Positions 20,727 to 32,036 of a DNA stretch of 64,000 bases are shown piece by piece. How positions within the stretch are numbered: position 1 is the stretch's first letter; each line of letters begins with the position of its first letter. Source of the DNA: an uncultured delta proteobacterium (GTDB lineage: Bacteria; Desulfobacterota; Syntrophobacteria; Syntrophobacterales; Syntrophobacteraceae); assembly GCA_963808625.1 (NCBI GenBank), contig CAWEHK010000041.1, forward strand, positions 55,853-119,852. Reading direction: 5' to 3'. The translations under genes and the position numbers were made by a program. The notes under the pieces are model-generated. The model was not told where the DNA came from and searched no databases. It saw only the letters and a program-made list of their open reading frames with translations.

Positions 20727-22006
20727 CTAAGGGATCCTGAGCTTCTGGCCCAGAGTAACGGTATTCGCCTTGAGGTTATTCGCCTCGCGCAGTGTTTGAA
20801 CGCTCACCTTGTATTGTTGAGCGATACTGAAGAGAGTCTCTCCCTTCTTGACCGTGTGGTAGCTGGCAGTAGGAGCTGTTGGAGCAGCGGGCTTTGCCTG
20901 GGGCTTTGGCGGCGCAATCGCGGCGGAGGCTGGCGGCGCTGCTTCCGCAAGCCTCTCTGTTTCGTCCTGACTGCTTGACGCAGGCGGGCTTGGCGCAATC
21001 CTTGACAGGTCAAAATTCTGTTCGAACGTTTTCCCCGTCCCGGCAGGGAACTTCAGTTCATGGGTTCCTGCGGGAACATCGTCCGCCCGAAACTCAGGAT
21101 TGAGCCGCTTGAATTCGCGATAGGTGATTCCCGCCGCCGCGGCAATGCTCTGGATAGCAGCCGGACGGGAAAGGGTTACCCTCACACGATCCAGTTTGAG
21201 CTCGGCGTATCCCGATCCTCTGGGCAAGAAGTATCCGTATTGTGCCGGGATTACCCAAAACAGCCTTGACCGCCAAAATTCTCATGACATAGCGTTCCGT
21301 CTCCTGAGGCAGCCGGAGATGGTAATAGTCGTTGACGCGCTGGGTGCGCATCTCATCGTAAATGCGCCGGTCGCCGCAATTGTAGGCAGCGAGCGCCAGC
21401 GCCCAGTTCTTGTGGCGTGCGTAGAGGTCGCGCAAGCAGGCGAAAGGCGCTCTCCGTTGAGCGTTCAAAATCATACCGGCGATCGCAGGAACCCTGCTGA
21501 TCGAGTCCGTATGCGGCCCCGGTGCTCGGCATAAACTGCCACGGTCCGGCGGCGCCTTTTGGGGAACAGGCATTGGGCTGCAGATCGCTTTCCACGATGG
21601 CGACGTACTTGAGGTCTTCGGGCAGGTTGTAATAGCGCAACCGCTCCTCGATCCAGGGGAAGTACCGCTCCATCCGCTTCAACCAGAGATAAACCTGGGC
21701 GTGGTTATAGACGATCAGGGTAAATTCGCGGTCAAACCGCTCCTGAACATCTTGGACTCAAGCGGCACCGGTTCCCCGCAGAGGTCGATTCTGTCGGGAG
21801 GCGGGTAATAAGGGGCCATACAGCAGGGCACGGATGGGAAGAGGGGCGCCGGAGCCTCTTTCACTGGCGTAGTGGCTGCAGAAGAAGAGGATGGAGGCGC
21901 TGTTGGTGAAGGCGTTTGAGTCGTGGCGCAGCCGAAAAGCGCCCCAACCAGCAACAGGGCAAGCAAAGACAATACAAAATGATCTTGAGTAACCGTCTTG
22001 CTTCAT
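20727..22006 (-). CDS. MltD-like lytic transglycosylase lipoprotein with LysM (several frameshifts)
   Basis: LFGC lipobox, AIVESD, GAAGPWQFM, LALAAYNCG, LPQETERYV, YHTVKKGETL. Confidence 0.88.
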
Positions 22007-22010
22007 GACT

Positions 22011-22441
22011 TCAACTCTCCTCTTGATCGCCGTAAATCTCCAAGTGACTGAATAAAAAAGCGATTTCCCTGTTTGCGAGACCGTGGAATCCGAACCATGG
22101 ACGATATTTTTCGTCAGGTCCCGCGCAAAGTCATGGCGAATGGTGCCGGGCGAGGCCTCGCGGTAATCGGTTGCGCCCATGAGCGCTCGGTTTGTTTGAA
22201 TTACATTCTCCCCCTCGAGCACCATTGCCACAATCGGTCCCGACGACATGAAATCGGTAAGATTTTCATAAAAAGGCTTTCCTTGATGTTCGGCATAAAA
22301 GGAGCGCGCACACTCGTTGGTCAGGCGAAGCATCTTCAAGGCGACAATGCGCATACCGGCATTCTCGAAGCGCCTTATGATTTCACCGACAAGTCCCCGT
22401 GCGACGCCATCAGGCTTAATCATGGACAGGGTTCGTTCCAT
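22011..22441 (-). CDS. ndk: Nucleoside diphosphate kinase (frameshift near 3' end)
   Basis: ERTLSMIKPDG, FYAEH, MSSGP, PGTIR, NIVHGSDS. Confidence 0.95.
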
Positions 22442-22625
22442 CAAAAGTTCTCCTCGCAAAGGTAGCGCCTTTCCAGCGGACGACCACTCCTTTACCTCAG
22501 TAATTCTTGAGTGTCTATTCAAAATCGAAACCTGCTTGACCTTCGAGGGCATCATCAAATCGTTATGCATGGAGAAAAGTCGGCTGCTTGGGGGAAAGGG
22601 CTGGTTTAATTTACTTAGGTTTTTG

Positions 22626-22654
22626 TTGACAAACATTTTAAGGGTTGCTAATTT
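22626..22654 (+). promoter_or_regulatory. Probable sigma70 promoter of acs
   Basis: TTGACA-17 nt-TAATTT with TG extension in an AT-rich intergenic region. Confidence 0.5.
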
Positions 22655-22865
22655 TATTGATTGAAGCGTCGGTTCCATCCTCTCAATCGCCTGCGGCAAC
22701 TCGTATTCCAATCCTCACTGAACAGTAGGATTTCTCTAAAGCTGACGACTGTCAGCTTGGCTCTTCTTTTCATCAGCCTCTCCTTATTCATAGCTCAATC
22801 TTGGCTGGTTCTCCCAGGCGGCGGAATACACACAATTATTCCAATAACTTACCAAGGAGGAAGCT

Positions 22866-24811
22866 ATGTCGGATCAAATGTTTCCCGTTCCCGAGTCCTG
22901 GGCGAAATCGGCCTGGGTAGACAATGACAAATACCTGCAGATGTACGAGCAGTCGGTCAAGGACCCCGAAGGCTTCTGGGGAGAGCAGGCCAAGCGCCTC
23001 GATTGGTTCAAGCCCTGGACGAAAGTGAAGGAAGGTTCATTTGAGGGTGATGTGCGCATCAAGTGGTTCACCGACGGCAAGCTGAACGTCAGCTACAATT
23101 GTCTGGACCGTCATCTGGCCAAGCGCGGGGACCAGATTGCCATCATCTGGGAAGGGGATGACCCAGCAGTGAGCAAGTTCATCACCTATCGCCAGTTGCA
23201 TGAAGATGTGAGCAAGTTTGCCAACGTCCTCAAGTCCTTGGGGCTGAAGAGGGGCGACCGGGTCACGATCTATCTGCCGATGATCCCGGAGCTGGCGGTG
23301 GCCATGCTGGCGTGCACGCGCATCGGTGTCGTTCACTCGATCGTGTTCGGCGGTTTCTCACCCGATTCTCTGGCGGGGCGCATCCAGGACTGCCAGGGCC
23401 GGGTGGTGATCACCGCTGATGAAGGGTTGCGCGGGGGCAAGCCCATCCCCTTGAAAGCGAATACCGACGAGGCCGTGGAGAAGTGCCCCGTGGTCGAAAA
23501 GGTGGTCGTGGTAAAGCACACGGGCGGTCAGGTCCCGTGGACGCCGGGGCGCGATCTCGAGTGGGGAAGCTCATGCAGGAGGCTTCCGCTGATTGCCCTC
23601 CTGAAGACATGGATGCCGAGGACCCGCTTTTCATCCTGTACACCTCCGGTTCCACAGGAAAGCCCAAGGGCGTGCTGCACACGACCGGGGGCTATCTGGT
23701 GTACACCTCGATGACCCATCAGCATGTGTTCGACTATCACGAGGGCGACATCTACTGGTGCACCGCCGACATCGGCTGGGTGACCGGACACAGCTACATC
23801 ATCTACGGGCCCCTGGCCAACGGCGCCACGATCGATCATGTTCGAAGGCGTGCCCAATTATCCCGACTGGTCTCGCTTCTGGAACGTCGTTGACAAGCAT
23901 CAAGGTCAACATCATCTATACGGCTCCGACCGCCATCAGGGCCCTCATGCGGCAGGGCGACGAGCCGGTCAAGAAGACCTCGCGCAAGTAGCTTGCGACT
24001 TCTCGGCACCGTGGGCGAGCCCATCAATCCGGAAGCATGGATGTGGTACTACAATGTCGTCGGCGAAAAAAGGTGTCCCATTGTCGATACCTGGTGGCAG
24101 ACGGAAACCGGCGGCATCCTGATTACGCCGCTTCCCGGCGCCACAGCTCTCAAACCCGGTTCCGCCACCCGGCCTTACTTCGGTCTGAAGCCGGCCATCA
24201 TCGATCCCGAGGGCAACTTCCTCGAAGGGCCGGGAAGAGGCTATCTGGTTATTACCGATTCCTGGCCGGCAATGCTGCGGACGGTGTATGGGGACCATCC
24301 ACGTTTCATCCAGACTTATTTCAGTGCCTACAAGGGACTTTACTTCACCGGTGACGGAGCCCGCCGGGATGAGGACGGTTACTACTGGATCACGGGTCGA
24401 GTCGATGACGTCATCAACGTGTCCGGACATCGCCTCGGCACCGCAGAGGTCGAAAGCGCTCTGGTTGCTCATCCCACCGTCGCTGAGGCGGCCGTAGTCG
24501 GGTTCCCACATGAGATCAAGGGCCAGGGGATTTACGCCTATGTGACCTTGAATGCTGATCGACAGCCTACGGACGAATTGCGAAAAGAGCTCATTCAATG
24601 GGTGAGGAAGGAAATTGGGGCAATCGCCTCACCCGACTTTATCCAGTGGGCGCCCAGCCTGCCCAAAACGCGGTCGGGCAAAATCATGCGCCGGATTCTC
24701 CGCAAAATCGCTGCCAATGAGATCTCTGATCTCGGCGATACCAGCACCCTCGCGGAACCCGCGGTGGTTGAGGACCTGATCAAGAATCGTTTGGCTGCAG
24801 TACAGAAATAA
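22866..24811 (+). CDS. acs: Acetyl-CoA synthetase (AMP-forming); frameshifted in assembly
   Basis: [55 protein letters not shown]. Confidence 0.96.
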
Positions 24812-24822
24812 ACTTTACTCAT

Positions 24823-24849
24823 GGCCGAGGGGGGATGCCCCCCTCGGTT
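24823..24849 (+). terminator. GC-rich hairpin after acs
   Basis: ggccgagggggg-atg-cccccctcggtt; no clear U tract. Confidence 0.5.
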
Positions 24850-25153
24850 CCAGCCTTGTTGACACTCAGGAAGTTCATGCATCGTGGTTGGTTCTGTTCT
24901 TTATCGGAACCTGGAGTACCCCTCCTCACTTCCCCATCCAAGAGACATCAGCAAGGGCCACACAATATTCTCTCCCCTAAACCATAATCAGCGTCGGCGG
25001 TTTTCTTTTTTCCGGCTGAGAAATTGCCGAAATTTGAATAGACAAACACTTGACTATTGCTCGCTGACAAGGCAGACATCATACCAGCTTTCTTTTGACA
25101 CTACTCACGCCGGGGAGCATTGGTATTAAGAGCTTAGAATGAGGAAACAGCTA

Positions 25154-26104
25154 ATGCGAAGAACAGGTTTTTTGTATGACGAGCGGTTTTTTCTCCACTG
25201 CACAAGCCCGGGACATCCCGAGCATCCTGACCGGCTCGCGGTCGCCTACCGGGCTTTGGAAGAAGCCGGACTGTTGTCCGACCTCACCTTGATTCAGGCG
25301 ACTCCGGCGCGATTGAAATGGATTGAGCGGGTCCATTCCCCGAGGCATATCTTTCGCTTCGAGGAGGCGTGCATGCTCGATCTCGGCGAATTCGACCACC
25401 CTGACAATCAGATCTGCAGAGACAGCTATGATGTTGCGCTCCTGGCTGTCGGCGGCATCCTCAAGACCATCGATCTCCTCATGGAAGGAAAGCTCGACAA
25501 TGCTTTCTGTGCGGTAAGACCCCCTGGGCATCACGCCGAGATGAACCGCGCTCTCGGTTTCTGTTATTTCAACAACGTGGCGATTGCGGCAAGATACCTG
25601 CAGGAGCAATGGGGAGCCCAAAGGGTTGGCATCATTGACGTTGATGCGCATCACGGCAACGGAACGCAGCTCATTTTTCTCGGTGACCCCACGGTATTCT
25701 ACTATTCCATCCATGAACACCCTTCTTTCTCCTTCCCTGGCACGGGGCGTGAATTCGAGCGAGGTGTTGACGAGGGCTATGGCTTCACGCTTAACTCCCC
25801 CGTACTCCCCGGACAGGGCGATGAAGCCTACCAGGAACTGCTGCCCAGGGACCTCTTCCCGGCATTTGCTTCGTTCAAACCTGAAGTGATCCTGCTTTCG
25901 GCCGGTTTCGACGCTCACATGGACGATGATATGTCAAACATCAATCTGTCTACCCAGGGCTTCTCCTGGATCATGCAAAACCTGGTCGAGCTCGCCGAAG
26001 AGCATGCAAACGGTCGCTTGATCTCGATTCTCGAAGGTGGCTATTCATTGAAACGCTTACCCGAGTTGATTAAAAACCATGTAGAAATCCTGCTCGGTAA
26101 GTGA
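25154..26104 (+). CDS. Zn-dependent histone-deacetylase-family protein (AcuC-like)
   Basis: HPEHPDR, RPPGHHA, GFCYFNN, DAHHGNGT, SAGFDAH, LEGGY. Confidence 0.94.
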   Translation: MRRTGFLYDERFFLHCTSPGHPEHPDRLAVAYRALEEAGLLSDLTLIQATPARLKWIERVHSPRHIFRFEEACMLDLGEFDHPDNQICRDSYDVALLAVGGILKTIDLLMEGKLDNAFCAVRPPGHHAEMNRALGFCYFNNVAIAARYLQEQWGAQRVGIIDVDAHHGNGTQLIFLGDPTVFYYSIHEHPSFSFPGTGREFERGVDEGYGFTLNSPVLPGQGDEAYQELLPRDLFPAFASFKPEVILLSAGFDAHMDDDMSNINLSTQGFSWIMQNLVELAEEHANGRLISILEGGYSLKRLPELIKNHVEILLGK

Positions 26105-26137
26105 AATTCTCACCCCATAGGGCCTAAGGAGGGAAAG

Positions 26138-26818
26138 ATGTTCATTGATAAATCCATGACGAGAGATGTTCTCACCATCGACCCCGAGACCAGCATCGCC
26201 GAGGCGTCGGAACTCATGCGCCGAAACCATATCCGTCATCTACCGGTCACTGACCAGGACCGCAGGCTGGTCGGGATTGTGACGGATCGTGATATTCGCA
26301 GTGCCATGCCTTCGATTCTTTCGAGTGAAGAGGCCGTGGCCAAGGAGAGAGAGCGAATCGTCCAGCTCAAGGTGAAGGATATCATGACCGGGAACGTGGT
26401 GACCGTTTCCCCCATGAATACCCTTGAGGATGCCCTGTTGCTGATGCAAAGAACGAAAGTGGGGGCCTTTCCCGTGCTCGACCAGCAGCACCGGCTCATC
26501 GGGATCATCTCCGTTCGCGATCTCATGCGGGCCTTTATCAATGTCTTGGGAATCGAGGAACCCGGGACCCTGCTCTGCATCGTAGCAGAAGACAAGATGG
26601 GGCAGATGAAACGGATTGTGGACGCCATCACCGAGGAGCGCATACCCTTTGGCTCGATCCTCGTTGCGCGTTATTGGGAAGAAGGCAAGCGGGCGGTTTT
26701 CCCTTACCTGCTCACAAGCAATGTGGCCCGGGTCAAGGCAAAGCTGGAAAATCTCGGATATACCTTGCTCAACCCCATGCAATGGAGCCTGGACCAGTTG
26801 CCGAAGAAAACAGAATAG
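26138..26818 (+). CDS. CBS-pair plus ACT-like protein (AcuB-like)
   Basis: IRHLPV...LVGIVTDRDIR; second CBS with LIGIISVRDL; C-terminal ACT-like segment. Confidence 0.88.
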   Translation: MFIDKSMTRDVLTIDPETSIAEASELMRRNHIRHLPVTDQDRRLVGIVTDRDIRSAMPSILSSEEAVAKERERIVQLKVKDIMTGNVVTVSPMNTLEDALLLMQRTKVGAFPVLDQQHRLIGIISVRDLMRAFINVLGIEEPGTLLCIVAEDKMGQMKRIVDAITEERIPFGSILVARYWEEGKRAVFPYLLTSNVARVKAKLENLGYTLLNPMQWSLDQLPKKTE

Positions 26819-26996
26819 GTCGCATGAGCCTCAATGGCATGCTGACCTAGTTATTCAGCAGCTTCTTCGCCGGTGATCCCTAGCGATCAGGGCGATAATT
26901 TTGGTTTTGTTTGCATATTGAACGCAGCACGCTTCCCGGAGCTTCCCCGGTCCCATTTGAAATCGCCGGCAGCTTTGGGCAGTCAAGGTGAAGAGT

Positions 26997-28898
26997 CTAC
27001 TCTTTGCTGGCTGCCGCAGTTTGCTGAACATCAGAATCATCAAACCGGCAAGTCATGGTCAGTATGCCTTCTTCAAAGCTAGTTAGGATGGTGTATGGCA
27101 AGCTATTGAAAAGCTTTGCCATGGCTCGGTTTTGCATGGAGGTGTAGGCAGAAAAGCCGGCAATCCCGTTGTCGCGCGCGGCTTCCGTCAGTTTTTTTAG
27201 AATGATTTTAGATAATCCTTTGCCCTGCCAGTCTCTTGAGACCGAGAAAGCCACCTCTGCAATATTGGTGGCTGGATCGAGAGCATACCCTCCCAAAGCG
27301 ATGATCTTGCCAAAACCGAATTCCCCGACCACCGCCACGATGGTCATCTCATGCACATAATCGATTTGATACATGGATACGACATCGTTCCGAATGAAGG
27401 TGGTCTTGCGGTGGAAAAACCTCGAGACAATGTCATCGGCATCGAGATTATAGAAGTGTTCCTGGATCCGGCGCTCATCCACCGACTTTGCCGGTCGGAT
27501 CGTGACCTCCTGCCCGTCGACTTTTATGATCTCTTCGTATTTGAGAGGATAAACGGCGTGTATGGACTCTTTGAGACTGCGCTCGGCGCCGATCAGGCCC
27601 AGTTTCTTGGCATTAAAGAAAAGCTCGTCCCTAAAATCAGGATGGGCGAGACTGATCATGGCCACGGCCCGTTCCTGAAGACTTTTGCCAAAGAGGTTGA
27701 CGGCTCCAAATTCACTCACGACATAGTACACGTCGCTTCGAGGGATGACTACAGCGGTGCTGTCGAGCGTCGGCATAATCCTGCTGATCTTGCCATCCCG
27801 CGACGTGGACGGAAGCAGGATAATGGATTTTCCTTGCGGGGATCGGGTTGCGCCCCTCACAAAGTCAAGCATTCCGGTCACCCCGGAAAAGTGGTTCTGC
27901 GGACGCGCGTCGGCGGCGACCTGCCCCGTTAAGTCCATGATCGTGGCAACGTGAATGGAGATCATCTTATTGTGGCTGGCAATAACGGTGGGATTATTTA
28001 CGTAATCCGAAGGGTGGAATTCGATACTCGGATTGTCGTGCAGAAACTCATAAAGATTAGTCGTGCCGATGGCGCTGCTCGCAACACACTTCCCCTCATT
28101 CAAGCCTTTCTTACGATTGGTTATTACACCTTTGGACACAAGTTGCATCATCCCGTCAGTAATGAACCGTGAATGCACACCGAGGTCGTTCTTGTCGGAA
28201 AGCGCCTGCAATATCGCACCGGCCGTTGCTCCCAGACCCAGATGGAGCGTGGAACCGTCATCAATGAGTTTGGTGATATGCCTGGCAATCAACCGGGCCG
28301 GTTCAAAGATAGCGTGAGCTTCGATGGTCAGCAGATCTTCCTCGTGTTCAACAATGATGTCCACATCGTTGACATGGATAAAGCTGCGGCCAAGGACTCT
28401 GGGCATCTTTGGATTGACCTGAGCGATGACCAGATCTGCCGAGAATGCTGCCGCCATGGTAATATCCACAGAGATCCCGAGGCTCATCCACCCGAAATCG
28501 TCCGATGGAGAAACCTGGATGAGTGCCACGTGAATGGGAATCTGCCTGCTTTGAAAGAGATGCGGCACCGCGGAGAGGTTAACCGGTGTGAAAAAGCGGC
28601 GGCTCTTGGCAAGAGGCTCAGAAATGGTTGATCCCGAATAGAAGGACCTTATCGTAAAGCTGTTCTGGGAAGTTTCACTGGCGATCAAAGTGAGCGGGGC
28701 CGTCTCGAGGCTCAAGAGCCGGACGACCTCGATGTCGGTGAAGTTGGCTGCCTGAGAAGCCAGCTCCTGGATCAGATGCTGCGGCTCGCCGCACCCTGTT
28801 CCGATAAAAATCCTCTGACCGGGTTTGATGGCCCCAATCGCCTGTTTGGCAGAGCGTCGCTTCTTTACGTAATCGTCGGCCCAGTAACTGGTAATCAT
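26997..28898 (-). CDS. Acetyl-CoA hydrolase/CoA-transferase-like domain fused to a GNAT acetyltransferase
   Basis: GTGCGEPQ, SLGISVD, DGSTLHLG, DLTGQV, DFVRGA; C-terminal AEVAFSVSRDWQGKGL and N.AM GNAT motifs. Confidence 0.92.
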   Translation of the reverse strand: MITSYWADDYVKKRRSAKQAIGAIKPGQRIFIGTGCGEPQHLIQELASQAANFTDIEVVRLLSLETAPLTLIASETSQNSFTIRSFYSGSTISEPLAKSRRFFTPVNLSAVPHLFQSRQIPIHVALIQVSPSDDFGWMSLGISVDITMAAAFSADLVIAQVNPKMPRVLGRSFIHVNDVDIIVEHEEDLLTIEAHAIFEPARLIARHITKLIDDGSTLHLGLGATAGAILQALSDKNDLGVHSRFITDGMMQLVSKGVITNRKKGLNEGKCVASSAIGTTNLYEFLHDNPSIEFHPSDYVNNPTVIASHNKMISIHVATIMDLTGQVAADARPQNHFSGVTGMLDFVRGATRSPQGKSIILLPSTSRDGKISRIMPTLDSTAVVIPRSDVYYVVSEFGAVNLFGKSLQERAVAMISLAHPDFRDELFFNAKKLGLIGAERSLKESIHAVYPLKYEEIIKVDGQEVTIRPAKSVDERRIQEHFYNLDADDIVSRFFHRKTTFIRNDVVSMYQIDYVHEMTIVAVVGEFGFGKIIALGGYALDPATNIAEVAFSVSRDWQGKGLSKIILKKLTEAARDNGIAGFSAYTSMQNRAMAKLFNSLPYTILTSFEEGILTMTCRFDDSDVQQTAAASKE

Positions 28899-29231
28899 GG
28901 GAAGCTCTTCCTTCTCTATGGGCTCACGTTTGGAGGGTAAGTCACCGCCTCAAAAAAACGCTTATGTCTGCGTTGCCTTCGGGGTGCACCAGGGGATACA
29001 AATGAGCGGCGTATGATCATGGTTGCTGAAGAATTCCTCTAACCCACCGAAATTGTGCCTCTCAATACGATAAGCAGTGGCATTTCTGCTCTGCCCCATT
29101 TTCATTATAGTTGCTCGACGGAGATTTTCAAAAGTAATTGTCAATGCACAGAGAAGGTTTGCGTTAGGCTGCGCCTGGGAATATGCGAGAGGGCGCCGGC
29201 GGAAGACCTGAAACCCAGGAAAGGGGAAAGA

Positions 29232-30333
29232 ATGATTGCCAACGACAAGCGTCTGATCATCGTCATTGGGCTAATCTTGTTATTTGGCGTCGGCTATCTC
29301 CGCGAAGCGATCTGGGGTCTGAGCCCTGCACCAACTCCTTCGATCCCTTATGTCGTGCCCTACTTTGCTCCACCGGAACAACTTGAGCTCTGCGGGGAAC
29401 CGGTCCCGCTTGATATCCCCGATGTGAAGGGAAAGATTGGACCGGGAATTTACGATCGTCGTTTACAGCCACGCCCAGGTTTACCTTTGGCTGAAGCGCA
29501 TGCAGCGCTATTTCCCCTGGCTCGAGAAGGAAATTGCGCGCCATGGTCTGCCGAGCGATCTAAAATATGTCGCCGTAGCGGAGAGCGATCTCCAGGTTTC
29601 GGCATCGTCTCCGGCAGGTGCCGTCGGCCCCTGGCAGTTCATGCGCGGCACCGGCGCCAATTACGGTCTGGCGCAGGCGGAAGGAATTGACGAGCGGCGA
29701 GACTTTGAGCTGTCAACCCAAAGCGCCTTTAAATACTTGCGCGATCTGCGCGAGCTGTTCCAGAACTGGACCCTTGCCATCGCCGGTTATAATTGCGGAG
29801 AACGGCGCGTTCAGGACGAAATGAAGAGGCAAAAGGTGAACAGCTATTATTTACTCAAGCTGCCGTCCGAGACGGAACGCTATGTGTTCAGGATCCTGGC
29901 GATCAAGGAGGTCCTCAGCCACCCCGAAAAATACGGCTACTTCCTTCCGGAGGGGGCCGGCTACCCCGGTGTTGCCGCGGAGGTTGTCAATATCGTGGCG
30001 CCTTGTCCTCTTCCGATGCAAACGGTGGCGGAGCTTGCCGGCATGACCTACCGGGATCTTAAGAATCTTAATCCCGCGCTCGTTTCGGATACCCTGCCGG
30101 AGGGGCCGCGCTCCCTCAAGGTTCCCGGGGACAAGGGGAAGGAGTTTTGCAGTCGGTTCGAGGCCTTCAAAGCGGGCTATCAGCCCAATGCCGTCTTTCA
30201 TAAGGTCGTGAAAGGGGAAACTCTGAGCGGCATCGCGGCCCAATACGGTGTCAGCACCTCGAGCGTGCAGGAATGGAATGGTCTCAAGGGCGATAAGGTC
30301 CGCCTCGGCCAGGTGCTCAAGATTATCAGGTGA
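29232..30333 (+). CDS. MltD-like lytic transglycosylase with LysM, second paralog (frameshift near 29430)
   Basis: AVAESD, GAVGPWQFM, AGYNCG, LPSETERYV, HKVVKGETL. Confidence 0.9.
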
Positions 30334-30379
30334 TGGCTCGCCGGCGGGTCTCACCAGAGGACCGAAAAAAATGAAGTGC

Positions 30380-30408
30380 TTGACAAGTGGGGCTGGGGGA
30401 TTTACGAT
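30380..30408 (+). promoter_or_regulatory. sigma70 promoter upstream of cobB and tol-pal
   Basis: TTGACA-17 nt-TACGAT. Confidence 0.6.
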
Positions 30409-30453
30409 ACGCGCGCCATAACGCATTAGAAATTCAATATTTTTTGGTGAGAG

Positions 30454-31200
30454 ATGGATGATTATCGACGGATGGCCGAGCGCATTCTCCGAAGCGCCTA
30501 TGTGGTTGCTTTGACGGGAGCGGGAATATCGGTTGAAAGCGGCATTCCCGATTTTCGCAGTGCGGGAGGGCTGTGGTCGAAATACGATCCGATGGAATAC
30601 GGCACAATCGAGTCTTTTCGAGCCAATCCGGCAAAGGTATGGAAGATGCTGGCGGAGCTCGATGAAGTCCTCCTGCGAGCCGATCCCAACCCGGCCCACC
30701 GGGCGCTGGCGGAGCTCGAAAAGCGGGGGGTCCTCAGGCTGATCATCACGCAGAACGTAGACAGTCTCCACCAGCGTGCGGGAAACACGAAAGTGGTCGA
30801 ATTTCATGGGAACAATCGGACCTTGCGCTGTGACTCATGCGGCCAGGGGTCCTCACGCGCATCCGTTTCCTTGAAGAATTTGCCTCCGCGCTGCGCGTGC
30901 GGCGGGGCGTTGCGGCCTGAGCTGGTGTTCTTTGGGGAGCCCATACCGGGTGAGGCCTTTCACCAGGCCATTGCGGCCGCGGAAAAGTGTGACCTGATGC
31001 TGATTGTCGGGACTTCCGCTTCCGTTGCTCCGGCATCGCAGATTCCGCGGGTTGCAAAGCGCAAGGGTGCGTTCCTCCTTGAAATCAATCCCAAGGCGTC
31101 AGAGCTATCCTACCACTTGACCGACTTCCGTATTGCCGAGCCTGCGGGCATCGCCCTGCCCGGCATCCTGGCAGCATTAGATGAACGTGATCATTTTTAG
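30454..31200 (+). CDS. cobB: NAD-dependent protein deacylase (sirtuin)
   Basis: GAGISVESGIPDFR, TQNVDSLH, EFHG, CxxC..CxC, VGTS. Confidence 0.94.
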   Translation: MDDYRRMAERILRSAYVVALTGAGISVESGIPDFRSAGGLWSKYDPMEYGTIESFRANPAKVWKMLAELDEVLLRADPNPAHRALAELEKRGVLRLIITQNVDSLHQRAGNTKVVEFHGNNRTLRCDSCGQGSSRASVSLKNLPPRCACGGALRPELVFFGEPIPGEAFHQAIAAAEKCDLMLIVGTSASVAPASQIPRVAKRKGAFLLEINPKASELSYHLTDFRIAEPAGIALPGILAALDERDHF

Positions 31201-31212
31201 GGGTTCGAATCG

Positions 31213-32028
31213 ATGACATGCAGTATTTTGTTTCTCTCGGTATTTGCCCATGCGGCTTCTGAAGCTGTAAGCCCGCCCTATCAGCGGGGTGGGAATGGTA
31301 TCTGGGAAATGGTTGGCCACGCCGGCCCCATGGTAAAATTCGTGCTGGTCGCATTGCTGGTCCTTTCCATTGCCTGCTGGTTTGTGATTCTGTTGAAGGT
31401 GCGGCTGCTCAGAAGAGCGAAAACCGAGTCCGTTCAATTCATCGACCTTTTTCGACAGCGCAAGAACTACTCGGTGCTGTACCGGGACAGCCAGGTCTTG
31501 GAGGACAGCCATTTGGCGCAGCTCTTCCGGGTCGGTTATCTGGAGCTGAATCGCCTCAGCAAATCTTTGGAGAGTAAGAATATTCAGGAAGTAAAGGTGA
31601 ACCCCGAAGTGTTGCTCGAAAATGTGGACCGCGCCATCCAGGGGGGGATGATGGCGGAGCGCCAGCGCTTTGAGCGCTTTTTGCCGCTTCTTGCCACGAC
31701 GGGCAGCACGGCCCCCTTCATCGGTCTCTTCGGCACGGTCTGGGGGATCATGACCAGCTTCCAGGACATTGGCCTCAAGGGAGCGGCAAACCTGGCGGTC
31801 GTCGCCCCCGGTATTTCGGAGGCCCTGGTGGCCACGGCGATGGGCCTCGCGGCGGCGATTCCAGCGGTCGTTGCCTACAATCATTTTGCCAACCACATCC
31901 GTATGATTGAAAATGAAATGAGCCATTTCTCGGCGGATTTTCTGAATATGCTGAAGCGTGACCTGATGCGCCGGGGTCGGCAGGACGAATACCCGATCGA
32001 ACCGCAACGGGCGGCGATGCAGGATTAG
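31213..32028 (+). CDS. tolQ: Tol-Pal motor protein TolQ
   Basis: APFIGLFGTVWGIM, VAPGISEALVATAMGL. Confidence 0.93.
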   Translation: MTCSILFLSVFAHAASEAVSPPYQRGGNGIWEMVGHAGPMVKFVLVALLVLSIACWFVILLKVRLLRRAKTESVQFIDLFRQRKNYSVLYRDSQVLEDSHLAQLFRVGYLELNRLSKSLESKNIQEVKVNPEVLLENVDRAIQGGMMAERQRFERFLPLLATTGSTAPFIGLFGTVWGIMTSFQDIGLKGAANLAVVAPGISEALVATAMGLAAAIPAVVAYNHFANHIRMIENEMSHFSADFLNMLKRDLMRRGRQDEYPIEPQRAAMQD

Positions 32029-32036
32029 GAAAGAGC

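Noticed and set aside
21758..22711. 317-aa ORF as an extended Ndk
   Set aside because: The Ndk domain starts at ATG 22441; the extensions come from upstream open frame and a 3' frameshift into the next gene
26851..26916. Short minus-strand frame MQTKPKLSP-UGA-SLGITGEEAAE as a third selenopeptide
   Set aside because: No clear RBS, only a weak 4-bp hairpin, and no recognisable motif
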